A stretch of DNA of 64,000 nucleotides from the human T2T-CHM13v2.0 reference genome, Homo sapiens. The notes below the pieces were generated by a model, which saw only the letters and a list, made by a program, of their open reading frames with translations, was not told the DNA's origin and searched no databases. Both the position numbers and the translations under genes were made by a program. Below are positions 41,780 to 54,680 of the stretch, one piece after another (positions within the stretch are counted from its first letter, which is position 1; every line of letters starts with the position of its first letter). The DNA lies in NCBI RefSeq assembly GCF_009914755.1, contig NC_060947.1. One strand, written 5' to 3'.

Positions 41780-42827
41780 GCTCTGCTTTTTCCCCATCTT
41801 TGTGGTTTTATCTACATTTGGTCTTTGATGATGGTGACATACAGATGGGATTTTGGTGTGGATGTCCTTTCTGTTTGTTAGTTTTCCTTCTAACAGTCAG
41901 GACCATCAGCTGCTGGTCTGTTGGAGGTTGCTGGAGGTCCACTCCAGACCCTCTTTGCCTGGGTATCAGCAGTGGAGGCTGCAGAACAGCGGATACTGGT
42001 GAGCAGCAAATGTTGCTGCCTGATCATTCCTCTGGAAGTTTTGTCTCAGAGGAGTACCCAGCCGTATGAGGTGTCAGTCTGCCCCTATTGGGGGATGCCT
42101 CCCAATTAGGCTACTTGTGGGTCAGGGACCCACTTGAGGAGGCAGTCTGTCCATTCTCAGATCTCCAGCTGCATGCTGGGAGAACCACTACTCTCTTCAA
42201 AGCTGTCAGACAGGGACATTTAAGTCTGCGGAGTTTTCTGCTGCTTTTTGTTTGGCTATACCCTGCCCCCAGAGCTGGGTTCTACAGAGGCAGGCAGGCA
42301 GGCCTCCTTGAGCTGCCATGGGCTCCATCCATTTGGAGCTTCCTGGCCACTTTGTTTATACCTACTCAAGCCTCGGCAATGGCAGGCGCCCTTCCCCAGC
42401 CTCTCTGCCACCTTGCAGTTTGATGTCAGACTGCTGTGCTAGCAATGAGCGAGGCTCTGTGGGCGTAGGACCCTCCAAGCCACGTGCGGGATATAATCTC
42501 CTGGTATGCCTTTTGCTAAGACGATTGGAAGGGTGCAGTATTAGGGTGGGAGTGACTCGTTTCCAGTTGCCATCTGTCACCGCTTTCTTTGACTAGGAAA
42601 GGGAATTCCGTGACCCCTTTCACTTCCTGGGTGAGGCGATGCCTCGGCCTGCCTCGGCTCCCACTCGGTGCACTGCAACCACTGTCCTGCACCCACTGTC
42701 TGACACTCCCTAGTGAGATGAAGCCGGTACCTCAGTTGGAAATGCAGAAATCACCCGTCTTCTGTGTTGCTCACGCTGGGACCTGTAGACTGGAGCTGTT
42801 CCTATTCAGCCATCTTGGCTCCACTGA
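41780..42827 (-). promoter_or_regulatory. L1PA4-type 5' UTR: internal sense promoter, YY1 site and antisense promoter/ORF0 region
   Basis: YY1-like CAAGATGGC (reverse complement at 42809-42817); retains the roughly 129-bp segment (about 41927-42054) that is absent from younger L1PA3/L1HS; ORF0-like sequence 42379-42596 on +. Confidence 0.75.
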
Positions 42828-44929
42828 TCTGTTTTAAGTTTCTTGAGAATTCTCCAAACTGCTTTCCACAGTGGCTAAACTTATTTACGTTAACACCAGC
42901 AGGATATTTATTCCCTTTCCTCTGCAACCTCACAAGCATATGTTATTTTTTGTCTTTATAATAATTGTCATTTTGACTTGTGTGAGATGTTATCTTATTG
43001 TGGTTTTGATTTTCATTTCTCTAATGATTAGTGATGCTTAGTATTTTTTCATATGCTTCTTGTCCACTTGTATGTCTTCTTATGAGAAGTGTCTGTTCAT
43101 GTCTTTTGCTCATTTGTTAATGTGGTTGTTTTGTTTTTGCTTGTTAATTTGTTGAAGTTCCTTATAGATTCTGGATATTAGACCTTTTTGGATTCATAGT
43201 CTGCAAATATATTCTTCTGTTGTGTAGTTGGTCTGTTTACTCTCTTGATAATTTATTGTTCTTTGCAGAAGATGTTTAATTAATTAGGTCTCAATTATCC
43301 ATTTCTGTTTTTGCTATAGATTTTGGAGTCTTCATCATGAAATATTTGTCATGGCCTATGTTCAGAATTATATTCCTAGGATTTTTCCTAGAGTTTTTAT
43401 AGTTTTAGGTTTTGCATTTAAGTCTTTAATTCACATCGAGTTTATTTTTGTATGTGGGGAAAAGATAGGGTTCACTTCAAATATTCTGCATATGTCTAGC
43501 CAGTTATCCCAGTACCATTTATAGAATAGGAATTCATTTTTCCATTGCTTCTTGTTTTTGACTTTGTCAAGGTCAGATGACTGTAGGTATGTGGCTTTAT
43601 TTCTGGGCTCTCTAACCTGTTCCATTCATCTATGAACCCGTTTTTGTGCCAGTACCATGCTGTTTTGGTTACTGTAGCCTTGTAATACCATTTAAGTCAG
43701 GTAGAGTGGTGCCTCTGGTTTTGTTCTGTATGCACAGGATTGGTTTGACTATTTGGGATACTTTTTTGTTCCATATGAATTATAGAATAGTTTTTTTCTG
43801 GTTCTGTAAAGAATGTCATTGGTAGTTTGATAGAAATAGCATTGAAATCAGAAATTGCTTTTTGGAATATGGCCATTTTAATAATACTGATTCTTTCTAT
43901 CTATGATAATGGAATGTTTTTCCAGTTGTTTGTTTAATCTCTGAGTCCTTTGAGCAGTGTTTTGTAGTTCTCATTGTAGAGATCTTTCATCTTTCTGTTT
44001 AGCTGTATTCCTAGTTATTTTATTGTTTTTGTGGCTATTGTGAATAGGCTGGGGTTCTTGGTTTGGTTCTTAGCTTGGTCATTATTGGTGTATAGAAATG
44101 CTACTGATTTTTGTACATTCACTTTATACCTTGAAACTTTGCTGAAGTTGTTTGTAAGGTCTGTAAGCGTTTTGGCAGAGATTATGGTGTGTTCTAGGTA
44201 TAGAATCACATCATCTGAGAAGAGAGGTAGTTTGCCTTCCTCTCTTCTTTTTTGGCTGCCTTTTGTTTCTTTCTCTTGACTGACTGCTCTGGTTAGCACT
44301 TTCAGTACTATGTTGAATAGGAGTTATGAGAGTTGGCATCCTTGTCTTGTTCTGGTTTTTTAGAAGAATGCTTTGAGCTTTGACCCATTCAGTATGATGT
44401 TGGCTGTGAGTTTTCCATAGATTGCTGTTATTATTTTGACGTGTGTTCCTTCAATGCTTAGTTTGTTGAGGGTTTCTAACGTAAAGGGATGTTGAATTGC
44501 ATTGAAAGCATTTTCTATGTCTGTTGAGATGATCATGTGGTTTTTCTTTCAATTCTTTTTATGTGATGAATCACATTTATTGATTTGCATATGTTGAGCC
44601 AAACTTGCATTCCAGAAATAAAGGAGATCCACTTGATCATGGTGGATTAACTTTTTGTTGTGTTACTGGATGTGGACTGCTAGTATTTTGTTGAAAATTT
44701 TCGCATGTATGTTTATCAGGGATATTGGCCTGCAATTTTCTTACCTCATTGTGTCTGTGTGAAGTTTTGGTATCCCAATGATGCTGGCCTTATAAAATGT
44801 GGTAGGGAGGAGTCCTTCCTTCTCAATTTTGTGGAATAGTTTCTGATAGATTGGTATCAGCTTTTGTTTGCATGTGTAGTAAAATATGGCTGTGGATTCT
44901 TATGGTTCAGGGCTTTTTCTGGTTGGTAG

Positions 44930-45385
<456 letters not shown>

Positions 45386-48300
45386 TTATAGAGATGGTCT
45401 TAATAGACTTTTTTTTTTTCTTTTGTATTTCTGTAGCATTGGTGGTAATGTCTCCTTTGTCATTTCTGATAGTGTTTATTTGGATCTTCTTTTTTCTTTA
45501 TCAGTCTAACTAGTGGTCTATCAATCTCACTTATTATTTCAAAAAAACAACTTTTCATTTTGTTGATTGTGTGTATGGCTTTCACGTCTAAATTTTGTTC
45601 AGTTTAGCTGTAATTTTTGTTATTTTTTTTTTTTTCCTGCTAGCTTTGGGGTTGATTTGGTCTTATTTTCTTAGTTCCTCTATTTGTGATGTTACTTTGT
45701 TGAGATTTTTCTAACTTTTGGATGGGGGTGTTTAGTGCTGTAAATTTTTCTCTCATCACTGCTTTAGCTGTGTCCCAGAGATTCTCATATGTTTTATCAT
45801 TGGTTTCATTAGTTTCAAAGAATTCTTTGATTTCTGCCTTAATTTCATGTTTACCCAAAAGTCATTCAGGGGCATATTGTTTAATTTCAATGTAATTGTA
45901 TGGTTTTTGAGAGATCTTGGTATTGATTTCTATGTTTAATATGCTGTGGTCTGAGAGTGTAGTTGGTATGATTTTGGGTTTTTGAATTTGTTGAGAATTG
46001 CTTTATGGCTGAGTGTGTGGTTAATTTTAGACTATGTACCATGCCTAGGTGAAAATAATGTATATTCTGCTGTTAGTCCAGTGTTCTGCTGAAGTCTGTT
46101 AGGTTCATTTGGACAAGTGTTGAGTTTATTTCCTGAATATCTTTGTTAGCTTTCTAGCTCAACGATCTGTCTAATACTGTTAATGGAGTCTCCCACTATT
46201 GTTGTGTTTACCCATGTCTCTTCATAGGTCTCCAAGAACTTGTTTTGTGCATCTGAGTGCTCCAGTGTTGGGAGCATATATATTTAGGATAGTTAGGTCT
46301 TGTTGAATGGAACCCTTTACCTTTATGTAATGCCCTTTTTTGTCTTTTTTGATCCTTCTTGCTTTAAGGTCTGTTTTGTTTGAAATAAGAATAGCAATTT
46401 CTGCTTTTTGTATTGATAGATCTTCCTCATTCACTTTACTTTGAGTCTATGTGTGTCATTGCATGTTAGACGAGTTCCTTGATTATAGCATGCACTTGGG
46501 TCTTGCTTTATCCAGTCTGCTACTCTCTGCCTTTGAGTTGGAACATTTAACCCATTTACATTCAAAGTTAGTGTTGAAATGTGAAATTTGATCCTGTCTT
46601 CATGTTAGCTCATTCTCATGTAAACTTGATTGTATAGATGCTTTACAGTCTTATTGGTCTATGTACTTACATGTGTTTTTGTGGTGGCCAGTAATTGTCT
46701 ATTGTTTCTGTGGTTAGCACTTCCTAATGGACCTCTTGTAAACTATGTCTAGTGGTCACAAATATCCTTATTATTTGCTTTTCTGAATGGAATTTTATTT
46801 CCCCTAATTTATGAAGCTTAGTTTGGCAGGATATGCAATTCTTAATTTGGATTTCCTTTCATTAAGAATGTCTAATATAGACCCCAATGTCTTCTGGCTT
46901 GTAGGATTTCTGCTGAAACTTCCACTGTTATTGTAAAAGGTTCCCTGTGAAGGTGACTTCTCTCTTCTCTCTAGCTGCCTTTAATATTTTTTTCTTTCTT
47001 GTTGACCTTGGAGAATCTGATGACTATGAGTCTTGATGATCCTGCATAGTATCTTGGAGGGTTTGTCTGAATTTCCTGAATTTGAATGTCTCCCTCTCTA
47101 GTAAGTTTCGGAAATTTTCACTGACAATATTCTTAAATATTTTTTGTAAGTTGCTTGCTCTTTCGGGGACACCAATGAGTCATAAGTTTGGTCTCTTTAC
47201 ATAATCCCATATTTCTTGGTGATTTGGTTCATACTTTTTAAAATTATTTTTTCTTTATTTTTGTCTTATTGAGTTGACTTGAAGAGCCTGTCTTCGAGGG
47301 CTGGGATTCTTTTCTCAGCTTGGTCTATTCTGCTGGTATTACTTCTGATTGTATTATGAAATTCTTGTAGGGAGTTTTTCAGCTCTCTCAGATCAATTTG
47401 ATTCTTAAAGTGGCTATTCCATTTTTCAGCTCTTGTATTGTTTTACTGGATTTTTTAGATTCTTTTGGATTCAATTTTAACTTTCTCTTGAATCATGATA
47501 ATCTTTGTTGCCATCCAAACTTTTAATCTTATGGTTGTCATTCCAGACATTTTAGTCTGGTTTAGAGCCATTGCTTAGGAGCTAGTGTGGTTGTTTGGAG
47601 GTAAACAAACACTGTCTTTTTGAGTCATCAGAATTCTTATGCTAGTTCTTTCTCATCTGTGTGGGATGATGTTCCTTTAATCTTTGAAGTTTATGTCCTT
47701 TAGATAGGGCTTTTTGCTTTTGCATTATTTGATGCCCTTGAGGGTTTGACTGTCGTATAAGTTGGATTTAGTTGACAGGCTTCGTTTCTGAATGATTTCT
47801 GGGGTCGAAGGATTAGCGCAGCATTCTTGGGCTGCATACTCTAATTCTGGGGGCTGGTACCAGGCCCACAGCTTTTTTCTCTGGCCCCTACAGGTTGAAC
47901 ACCTGCTCTGCTGGAGGAGCTGAGGTGTTCCTGGTTTGCTGGCAAGAGCACTCCAGTGGAGGGTGTCTGCAGAAGTTCTTTGTCAGGATAGTGGCAGCAT
48001 GGTACTCACATCTGTTGGCAGCAGTGGCATGGCAGGGTCCGTGCATACATGCTTGTGATGGAGGTGGCAAGGGTGCACACACATGCGTGCTAGTGGGGCA
48101 GGGCAGTCATGGTGATGTTTGCGTACTCATGCCTGAGGCACTGGGATGGTGAGGTCTGTGTACATGCACTCACCCACAAAGCAGTGGGGGGAGGCTGTGA
48201 GCAGCTGTATGCTTGCAGGGACCCATCTGTGGAAGCTCTCTGATGGTTAGGCAGAGTCTGCTGGTAAAGGAGCTATGGTGGTTGCCTCTGGGAAGTGCCC

Positions 48301-48946
48301 CTGGTGCAGCCAGGCAGGGACCCTGGGGGAGGCTGATATACAGTAGGGGCACTCACATCACACCAGCTCTATCCCACTGGTGAGATAGCCCTGTTATGTC
48401 CAGGTCCAACAGTTAACAAAGGTGAAAGGCACCTAGAGAAGCATCATTAGCCAGTGCGGATGGGCATCTCTGGCCATGCTCCACTGCAGCCATTCCTGCA
48501 CCAAACCCTCTGGGGTCTGTACTGACTGGAGTCCTGTTCCTGCTAACTCTTCAAGCAGCTCTCCCAGCCAGCTCAAATGTCTGTGGGGATCATGAAGTCT
48601 CCTGCAGCTAGGTTTCTGGATGTCTGTGCAAGAGTGTACTACTCCAATGCTCATTTAACTCATCCTTTCCCTAGGAGCCACTCAGGGCCAGTATGATTCC
48701 TGGTGCTTGACAACCATGTGCAGGATTCCCAGCTTTTTCTCCCTTCAGCCCAGGTTCTGTGTCCTCCCTCTGTCCACTCTCAATACCTTTCTTCTGAAGA
48801 TCTGCTTGGAGTGTGCTGGTCTTCTTGTTGGTCTTATCTTTTGATGAGAGAAGCTCTTCTTGGCTGCATACAGTCAGCATTCTTGACTTTTCTTCCTTTT
48901 CGCTTTTGTTCTTGCTGATTCTTTTGAATTCCTTGCAGATTCTGGA

Positions 48947-49907
48947 TGAAGGGGTGGGTTGCCCCTCCACACCTGTGGGTGTTTCTCATAAGGTGGAACG
49001 AGAGACTTGGAAAAGAAAAAGACACAGAGACAAAGTATAGAGAAAGAAATAAGGGGACCCGGGGAACCAGCGTTCAGCATATGGAGGATCCCGCCAGCCT
49101 CTGAGTCCCCTTAGTATTTATTGATCATTCGTGGGTGTTTCTCCGAGAGGGGGATGTGTCAGGGTCACAAGACAATAGTGGGGAGAGGGTCAGCAGACAA
49201 ACACGTGAACAAAGGTCTTTGCATCATAGACAAGGTAAAGGATTAAGTGCTGTGCTTTTAGATATGCATAAACATAAACATCTCAATGCTTTACAAAGCA
49301 GTATTGCTGCCCACATGTCCCACCTCCAGCCCTAAGGCGGTTTTTCCCTATCTCAGTAGATGGAACGTACAATCGGGTTTTATACCGAGACATTCCATTG
49401 CCCAGGGATGGGCAGGAGACAGATGCCTTCCTCTTGTCTCAACTGCAAGAGGCATGCCTTCCTCTTATACTAATCCTCCTCAGCACAGACCCTTTACGGG
49501 TGTCGGGCTGGGGGACGGTCAGGTCTTTCCCTTCCCACGAGGCCATATTTCAGACTATTACATGGGGAGAAACCTTGGACAATACCTGTCTTTCCTAGGC
49601 AGAGGTCCCTGCGGCCTTCCGCAGTTTTTGTGTCCCTGGGTACTTGAGATTAGGGAGTGGTGATGACTCTTAAAGAGCGTGTTGCCTTCAAGCATCTGTT
49701 TAACAAAGCACATCTTGCACCGCCCTTAATCCATTTAACCCTGAGTTTGACACAGCACATGTTTCAGAGAGCATGGTGTTGGGGGTAAGGTCACAGAATC
49801 TCAAGGCAGAAGAGTTTTTCTTAGTACATAACAAAATGGAGTCTCCCATGTCTACTTCTTTCTACACAGACACAGTGACAATCTGATCTCTCTTGCTTTT
49901 CCCCACA
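48947..49907 (-). mobile_element. HERV-K(HML-2) solo LTR, LTR5_Hs-like
   Basis: Minus strand begins TGTGGGGAAAAGCAAGAGAGATCAGATTGT and ends GGGGCAACCCACCCCTTCA; 961 bp; TATAAAA (reverse complement at 49378-49384); AATAAA (reverse complement at 49117-49122); TSD CTGGA at 48942-48946 and 49908-49912. Confidence 0.97.
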
Positions 49908-50458
49908 CTGGATATTAGTTCTTTGTTGAATGTATATTTTGTGAGTATTTTCTCTCATTCTGTATGTTGCCTACTTGGTCTTTTGATTTTTTTTTTTTTT
50001 TTTTTTAGCAGAAGCTTTTTAGTTTAATTAGGTCGCATTTATTTTTTATTTTTGTTGCAATTGCTTTTGGGGATTTAGCCAAAAACTTTTTGTCAAGGCT
50101 AATGTTGAGAAGGGCATTGTTTAGGTTTTCTTCTAGTATTTTTATAGTTTGAGATCTTACTTTTAAATCTTTAATTTATCTTGAGTTAATTTTTGTATAT
50201 GGTGAGAGAGAGTGATCCAGTTTCGTACTTTGGCTTGTGGCTATTTAGTTTTCCCAGCACCATTTATTGACTAGGGTGTCCTTTCCCCAGCTTTTCTTTT
50301 TGTCTGCTTTATCAAAGAGCAGTTATTTGTGGGTATTTTGCTTTAATTTTGGGTTCTCTATCCTGTTCTATTGGTCTACGGGGGTATTTTATTTCACTAC
50401 CATGCTTTTTTGGTTACTATAACCTCGTATTATAATTTGAAATCAGGTAGTTTGATGC

Positions 50459-50465
<7 letters not shown>

Positions 50466-50522
<57 letters not shown>
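50466..50522. repeat. Pure poly(T) tract, 57 nt
   Basis: Uninterrupted T run counted directly. Confidence 0.95.
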
Positions 50523-50525
<3 letters not shown>

Positions 50526-52089
50526 TCGTTTTGTTTTGACTATCTGGGCTCTTTTTTGGTTCCCTGTCAATTGTAGGATTTTTTCTAATTCTTTGAAAAA
50601 TGACATTAGTGTTTGATAGAAATTATGTTGAATATGTAGATTGCTTTGGGCAGTATGGTCATTTTCATAATACTGATTCTTCCAATCTATGACCATGGAT
50701 TGTATTTCCATTTGTTTGTGTCATCTATGTTTTCTTTTATCAGTGTTTTGTAGTTCTTCCAGTCGAGATATTTTACCTTCTTTGTTAAGTATATTTTTAG
50801 ATATTTTATTTTTTTCAGCTGTTTTAATGTGTAGAAAGATGTAAAATAAGAACTGATTTCTTGATTTGATTATCAGCTTGGCCATTATTGGTATATAGCA
50901 GTGCTACTGAATTGTGCATATTGATTTTTATTACCTTTAATGAATTCATTTATCAAAATTAGGAGTCTTCTGGAGGAGTCTTTTGGGTTTTCAAGGTATA
51001 AGATCATATCATTGGCAAAAAAAGATAGTTCAACTTCTTCATTTCCTATTTGGATGCCTTTATTCTTTTGCCTGATTGCTCTGGCTAAAACTACCAGTAC
51101 TAAGTTGAATAGAAATGTTCAAAGTGGGCTTCCTTGTCTTGTCCCAGTTCTGAAGGGGAATACTTTCAACTTTTCCATATTCGGTATAATGTTGTCTGTG
51201 GGTTTGTCATATATGACCTTTATGATTTGAGGTACATTCTTTCTATGTCTAGTTTATTGAAGATCCAAGTCATTAGGGGATGCTGGATTTTATCAGTTGC
51301 TTTTTCTGCATCTACTAGGATGATCATAGGCTTTTTGTTTTTAATCCTGTTTTTGTGGTTAATCACATTTATTGACTTCGATGTGTGGAAACATCCCTGC
51401 ATCTATAGCATGAAACCCACTTAATCATGGTGAATTATTTTTTTAATGTGATACTGGATTTGGTTTGCTAGCATTCTGTTGAGGATTTTTGCAACTATCT
51501 TCATCAGGCATATTAGTCTGTAGTTTTTGTGTGTGTGTGTCCTTTCCTGGCTTGGTTTTAACGTGGTACTTGCTTCATAGTATGAGTCAGAGAGGATTCT
51601 CTCCTTGACCTTTTGGAATTGTTTCAGTAGAATTGGCACCAGTTCTTTGAACATCTGGTAGAATTCAGCTGTGGATACATCTGTTCCTGTGCTTTTTTTT
51701 GGGGGGGGGGAGGGATTTTTTTTTATTACTGATTCAATCTCATTACTTATTATTGGTCTATGCAAGATTTCTATGTCTCCCTGATTCAAGCTTGGGAGTT
51801 TGTATGTTTCCAGTAATTTCTCCATTTTCTTTAGATTTTCTAGCTTGTGTTCATAGATGTGTTCATAGTAGTGTCAGATGATCGGTTGTATTTCCCTGGT
51901 ATTAGTTGTAATGTTTTTATTTTTATTTTTGATTATAATTATTTGAATATTCTCTTTTTTGTGAATCTAGCTAGTTGCATATAAATTTTGTTTATCTTTT
52001 CAAAGAAGCAACTATTCATTTTACTTTTTTTTTGTATTGTTCTATCTCAATTGACACCTTACTTTAAAAAAAGACATTGTTTCCTTTGC

Positions 52090-52520
52090 ATGTATGTATC
52101 AGTCAGTTTCTTTGGTTGCAAGCCACTGAAACCAGCTCTGTCTCACTTAAGCAGATGAGGAATTTGTGAAAAGGGCAGAGTAATTGCTAGAATTGCTTGG
52201 AAGCTTAGTGAAACAGACAGAGTAAATAGGCAAGAACAAAGCACCACAGCCATATTTACACTAGAGGAGCCATCTGATATATGGGCCTTATTGTTGCTAT
52301 CACTGATACTGGAATGCTGCAGTGGGCACTGATGCTATCTCTGGAAATGGCCACTGCTATTGGGATCATCGAAACTGCTGTGCTTAGAAATCAGGTGTTG
52401 TTGATTCCAACACCTGTACAATGTGTACTTTTTTCTTGTTGCTTCTCTGCATACTTTCTTCCAGAATCAAATGTCCAGGACATCACAATCATGTGATGAG
52501 CTGAGTTCAAATCATGTATT
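52090..52520 (-). mobile_element. Old MLT1-type LTR fragment
   Basis: 'tgtatcagtcagtttctttggttgcaagccactgaaaccagctctgtctcacttaagcaga' resembles the antisense end of MLT1J/K/L. Confidence 0.5.
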
Positions 52521-52559
52521 CATCATGCCTTAGCAGCCTAATGGTGGGAAAAAGAGAAT

Positions 52560-53630
52560 ATCTGCATCTGCACCCATTCTTTCCTTTTTCCATCTTGTTA
52601 ATGATGGAGGACGAGGCCCTCTTTCTTTCTGTGGCCAATCCTTGGACTATGCTTTAGACCCTACTCACTGGTTCTTTCCTGGAAACTTTATTATTTCTCC
52701 CTTTTGCATCTTCAATTTCTCTATCTGTATGTAATGTTTTCTATCAGTAAACAAGCTATACTTTCTTCCATCTTAAAAATAAAATCAGTCTTCTTTCCCG
52801 TGGGTAAACAAGTAAATCTATATATTCTCCTCAACCAGATTTCTCAAAAGACTTATATGCATTCACTGGGTACATTGCCTCAGTTTCCACTTGCTCTTCA
52901 ACCTCATAGTCATGCCTCAGCTCTTAACAACTCCACAAAAACTTCCCTTGTAAAAGTCATCAGTGGCTTCCTTGTCACTCAATGCTCACATGTCAGTACT
53001 TATTCTCTACATGAAATCTGATGAGATTCATCACTCTTTTCTTATTGAAACTCTAGTGGTTTCTTTACTAACCTCCTCAAATGCTCTCTTGCAACCCATT
53101 CTCACATAGTAGCCAGTGCAATCTTTTCAAATTAACTATCAGATCATTTCACCCTTTAAACAGAATCTTTTTAAAGATTCCCAGTGTTTTTAGAATGAAG
53201 TCCAGACTTTTTATGAAGGCCCGCCTACAAATAATCTGTATGATCAGGGACAAATTAGAAGGAAGGAGAGATGAAGTGATTTGAGAAAGCTAAAAATGAA
53301 GAATGTTTTCTCTTTCAATTATTCTTACCCTCCAACTTCATCTTCTATCACTCTCTCTTTCACTTGCTTTATTTCAGTCACAGTGATCCTCAAAGTAGTT
53401 GGATATTTTATATTCCTTTACGTATCAAAGCCTTTGCACTTACTGTTCTCTTGGCCTGGTATTCTCTTTGCTAACCCCTGCACACCTATTCTTTTTTTTG
53501 AATTTCTACACACTGTTTTAGTTTTTACTCAATAGATATTTACTTAGTGAAACATTTTTAAACCCCTCATTCACACTCATCACACTTTGTACTTCTCATT
53601 TGTAGCACACAGAAAATTGTAATTAATCAA

Positions 53631-53671
<41 letters not shown>

Positions 53672-53890
53672 AAGTGTCTACCTTCCTCCAGTAGACTGTG
53701 AGCTTCATGAGAGCAGGGACCATTTTTTTCTTTCATTCATTGAAGTATCCAACATTGTTTCTAGCACATGATTGACACTCAGAAAATAGTAGTTGAATCG
53801 ATGAATAGGTATTCTTAAGCACCTATGTTTTCTGCTACAGAATAGTCACTCAATGAATATTTGCTGAATGAATGGATGAGTGAATATATA
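52560..53890 (+). mobile_element. L2 fragments including the 3' tail
   Basis: 'caactccacaaaaacttcccttgtaaaagtcatcagtggcttcc', 'tagactgtgagcttcatgagagcagggacc', 'tcaatgaatatttgctgaatgaatgg'. Confidence 0.75.
53634..53668. repeat. (TG)n microsatellite
   Basis: About 17 TG units. Confidence 0.95.
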
Positions 53891-54323
53891 GGTAAATGCT
53901 ACATATGTGATGCTATAAGTTGCTATGCTAGTCATATAAACTGCATCTTAGCTCAATAAACAACCTCAATTGTTTCACTCCCATAGCTTTGAAGACTCCA
54001 TATGGCTATCAGTCTAACTAAGCGAAGCTTTATTTTCAGGTATCTAATTGTCTTTTTTCGCTGAGCATACCAAAGAGAGTAACAAGTACAAAGTACTTGA
54101 TGTTTAAAGGAATGCAGAATATCCAATGCTACAAAAGGAACAATGTATCTGGAATAAAATGAGTGAAGGGGATAGTGATACAAGGAGAAGTTGAAAAGGT
54201 AGGAATAATTGAAAAACCATTATTCACTTTTAGCTTTCACTAAAAATCACTTCATTCCTCCTTCCTTTCTTCCTCCTTCTCTGTGCCTGACTATGAAAGT
54301 CTTTTGTGAAAAGTCTGAACTTT

Positions 54324-54680
<357 letters not shown>

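Noticed and set aside
42720-42740. Classic spliced L1 (SpIRE) using the 5' UTR +97 donor
   Set aside because: The donor 'CTGAG|GTACC' and the downstream 5' UTR are retained unspliced.
48947-49907. SVA element or HERV-K provirus
   Set aside because: It is a complete LTR bounded by a TSD, with no VNTR, Alu-like part, poly(A), primer-binding site or gag sequence.
50371-50711. Poly-Phe and poly-Lys ORFs
   Set aside because: Artefacts of the poly(T) tract.
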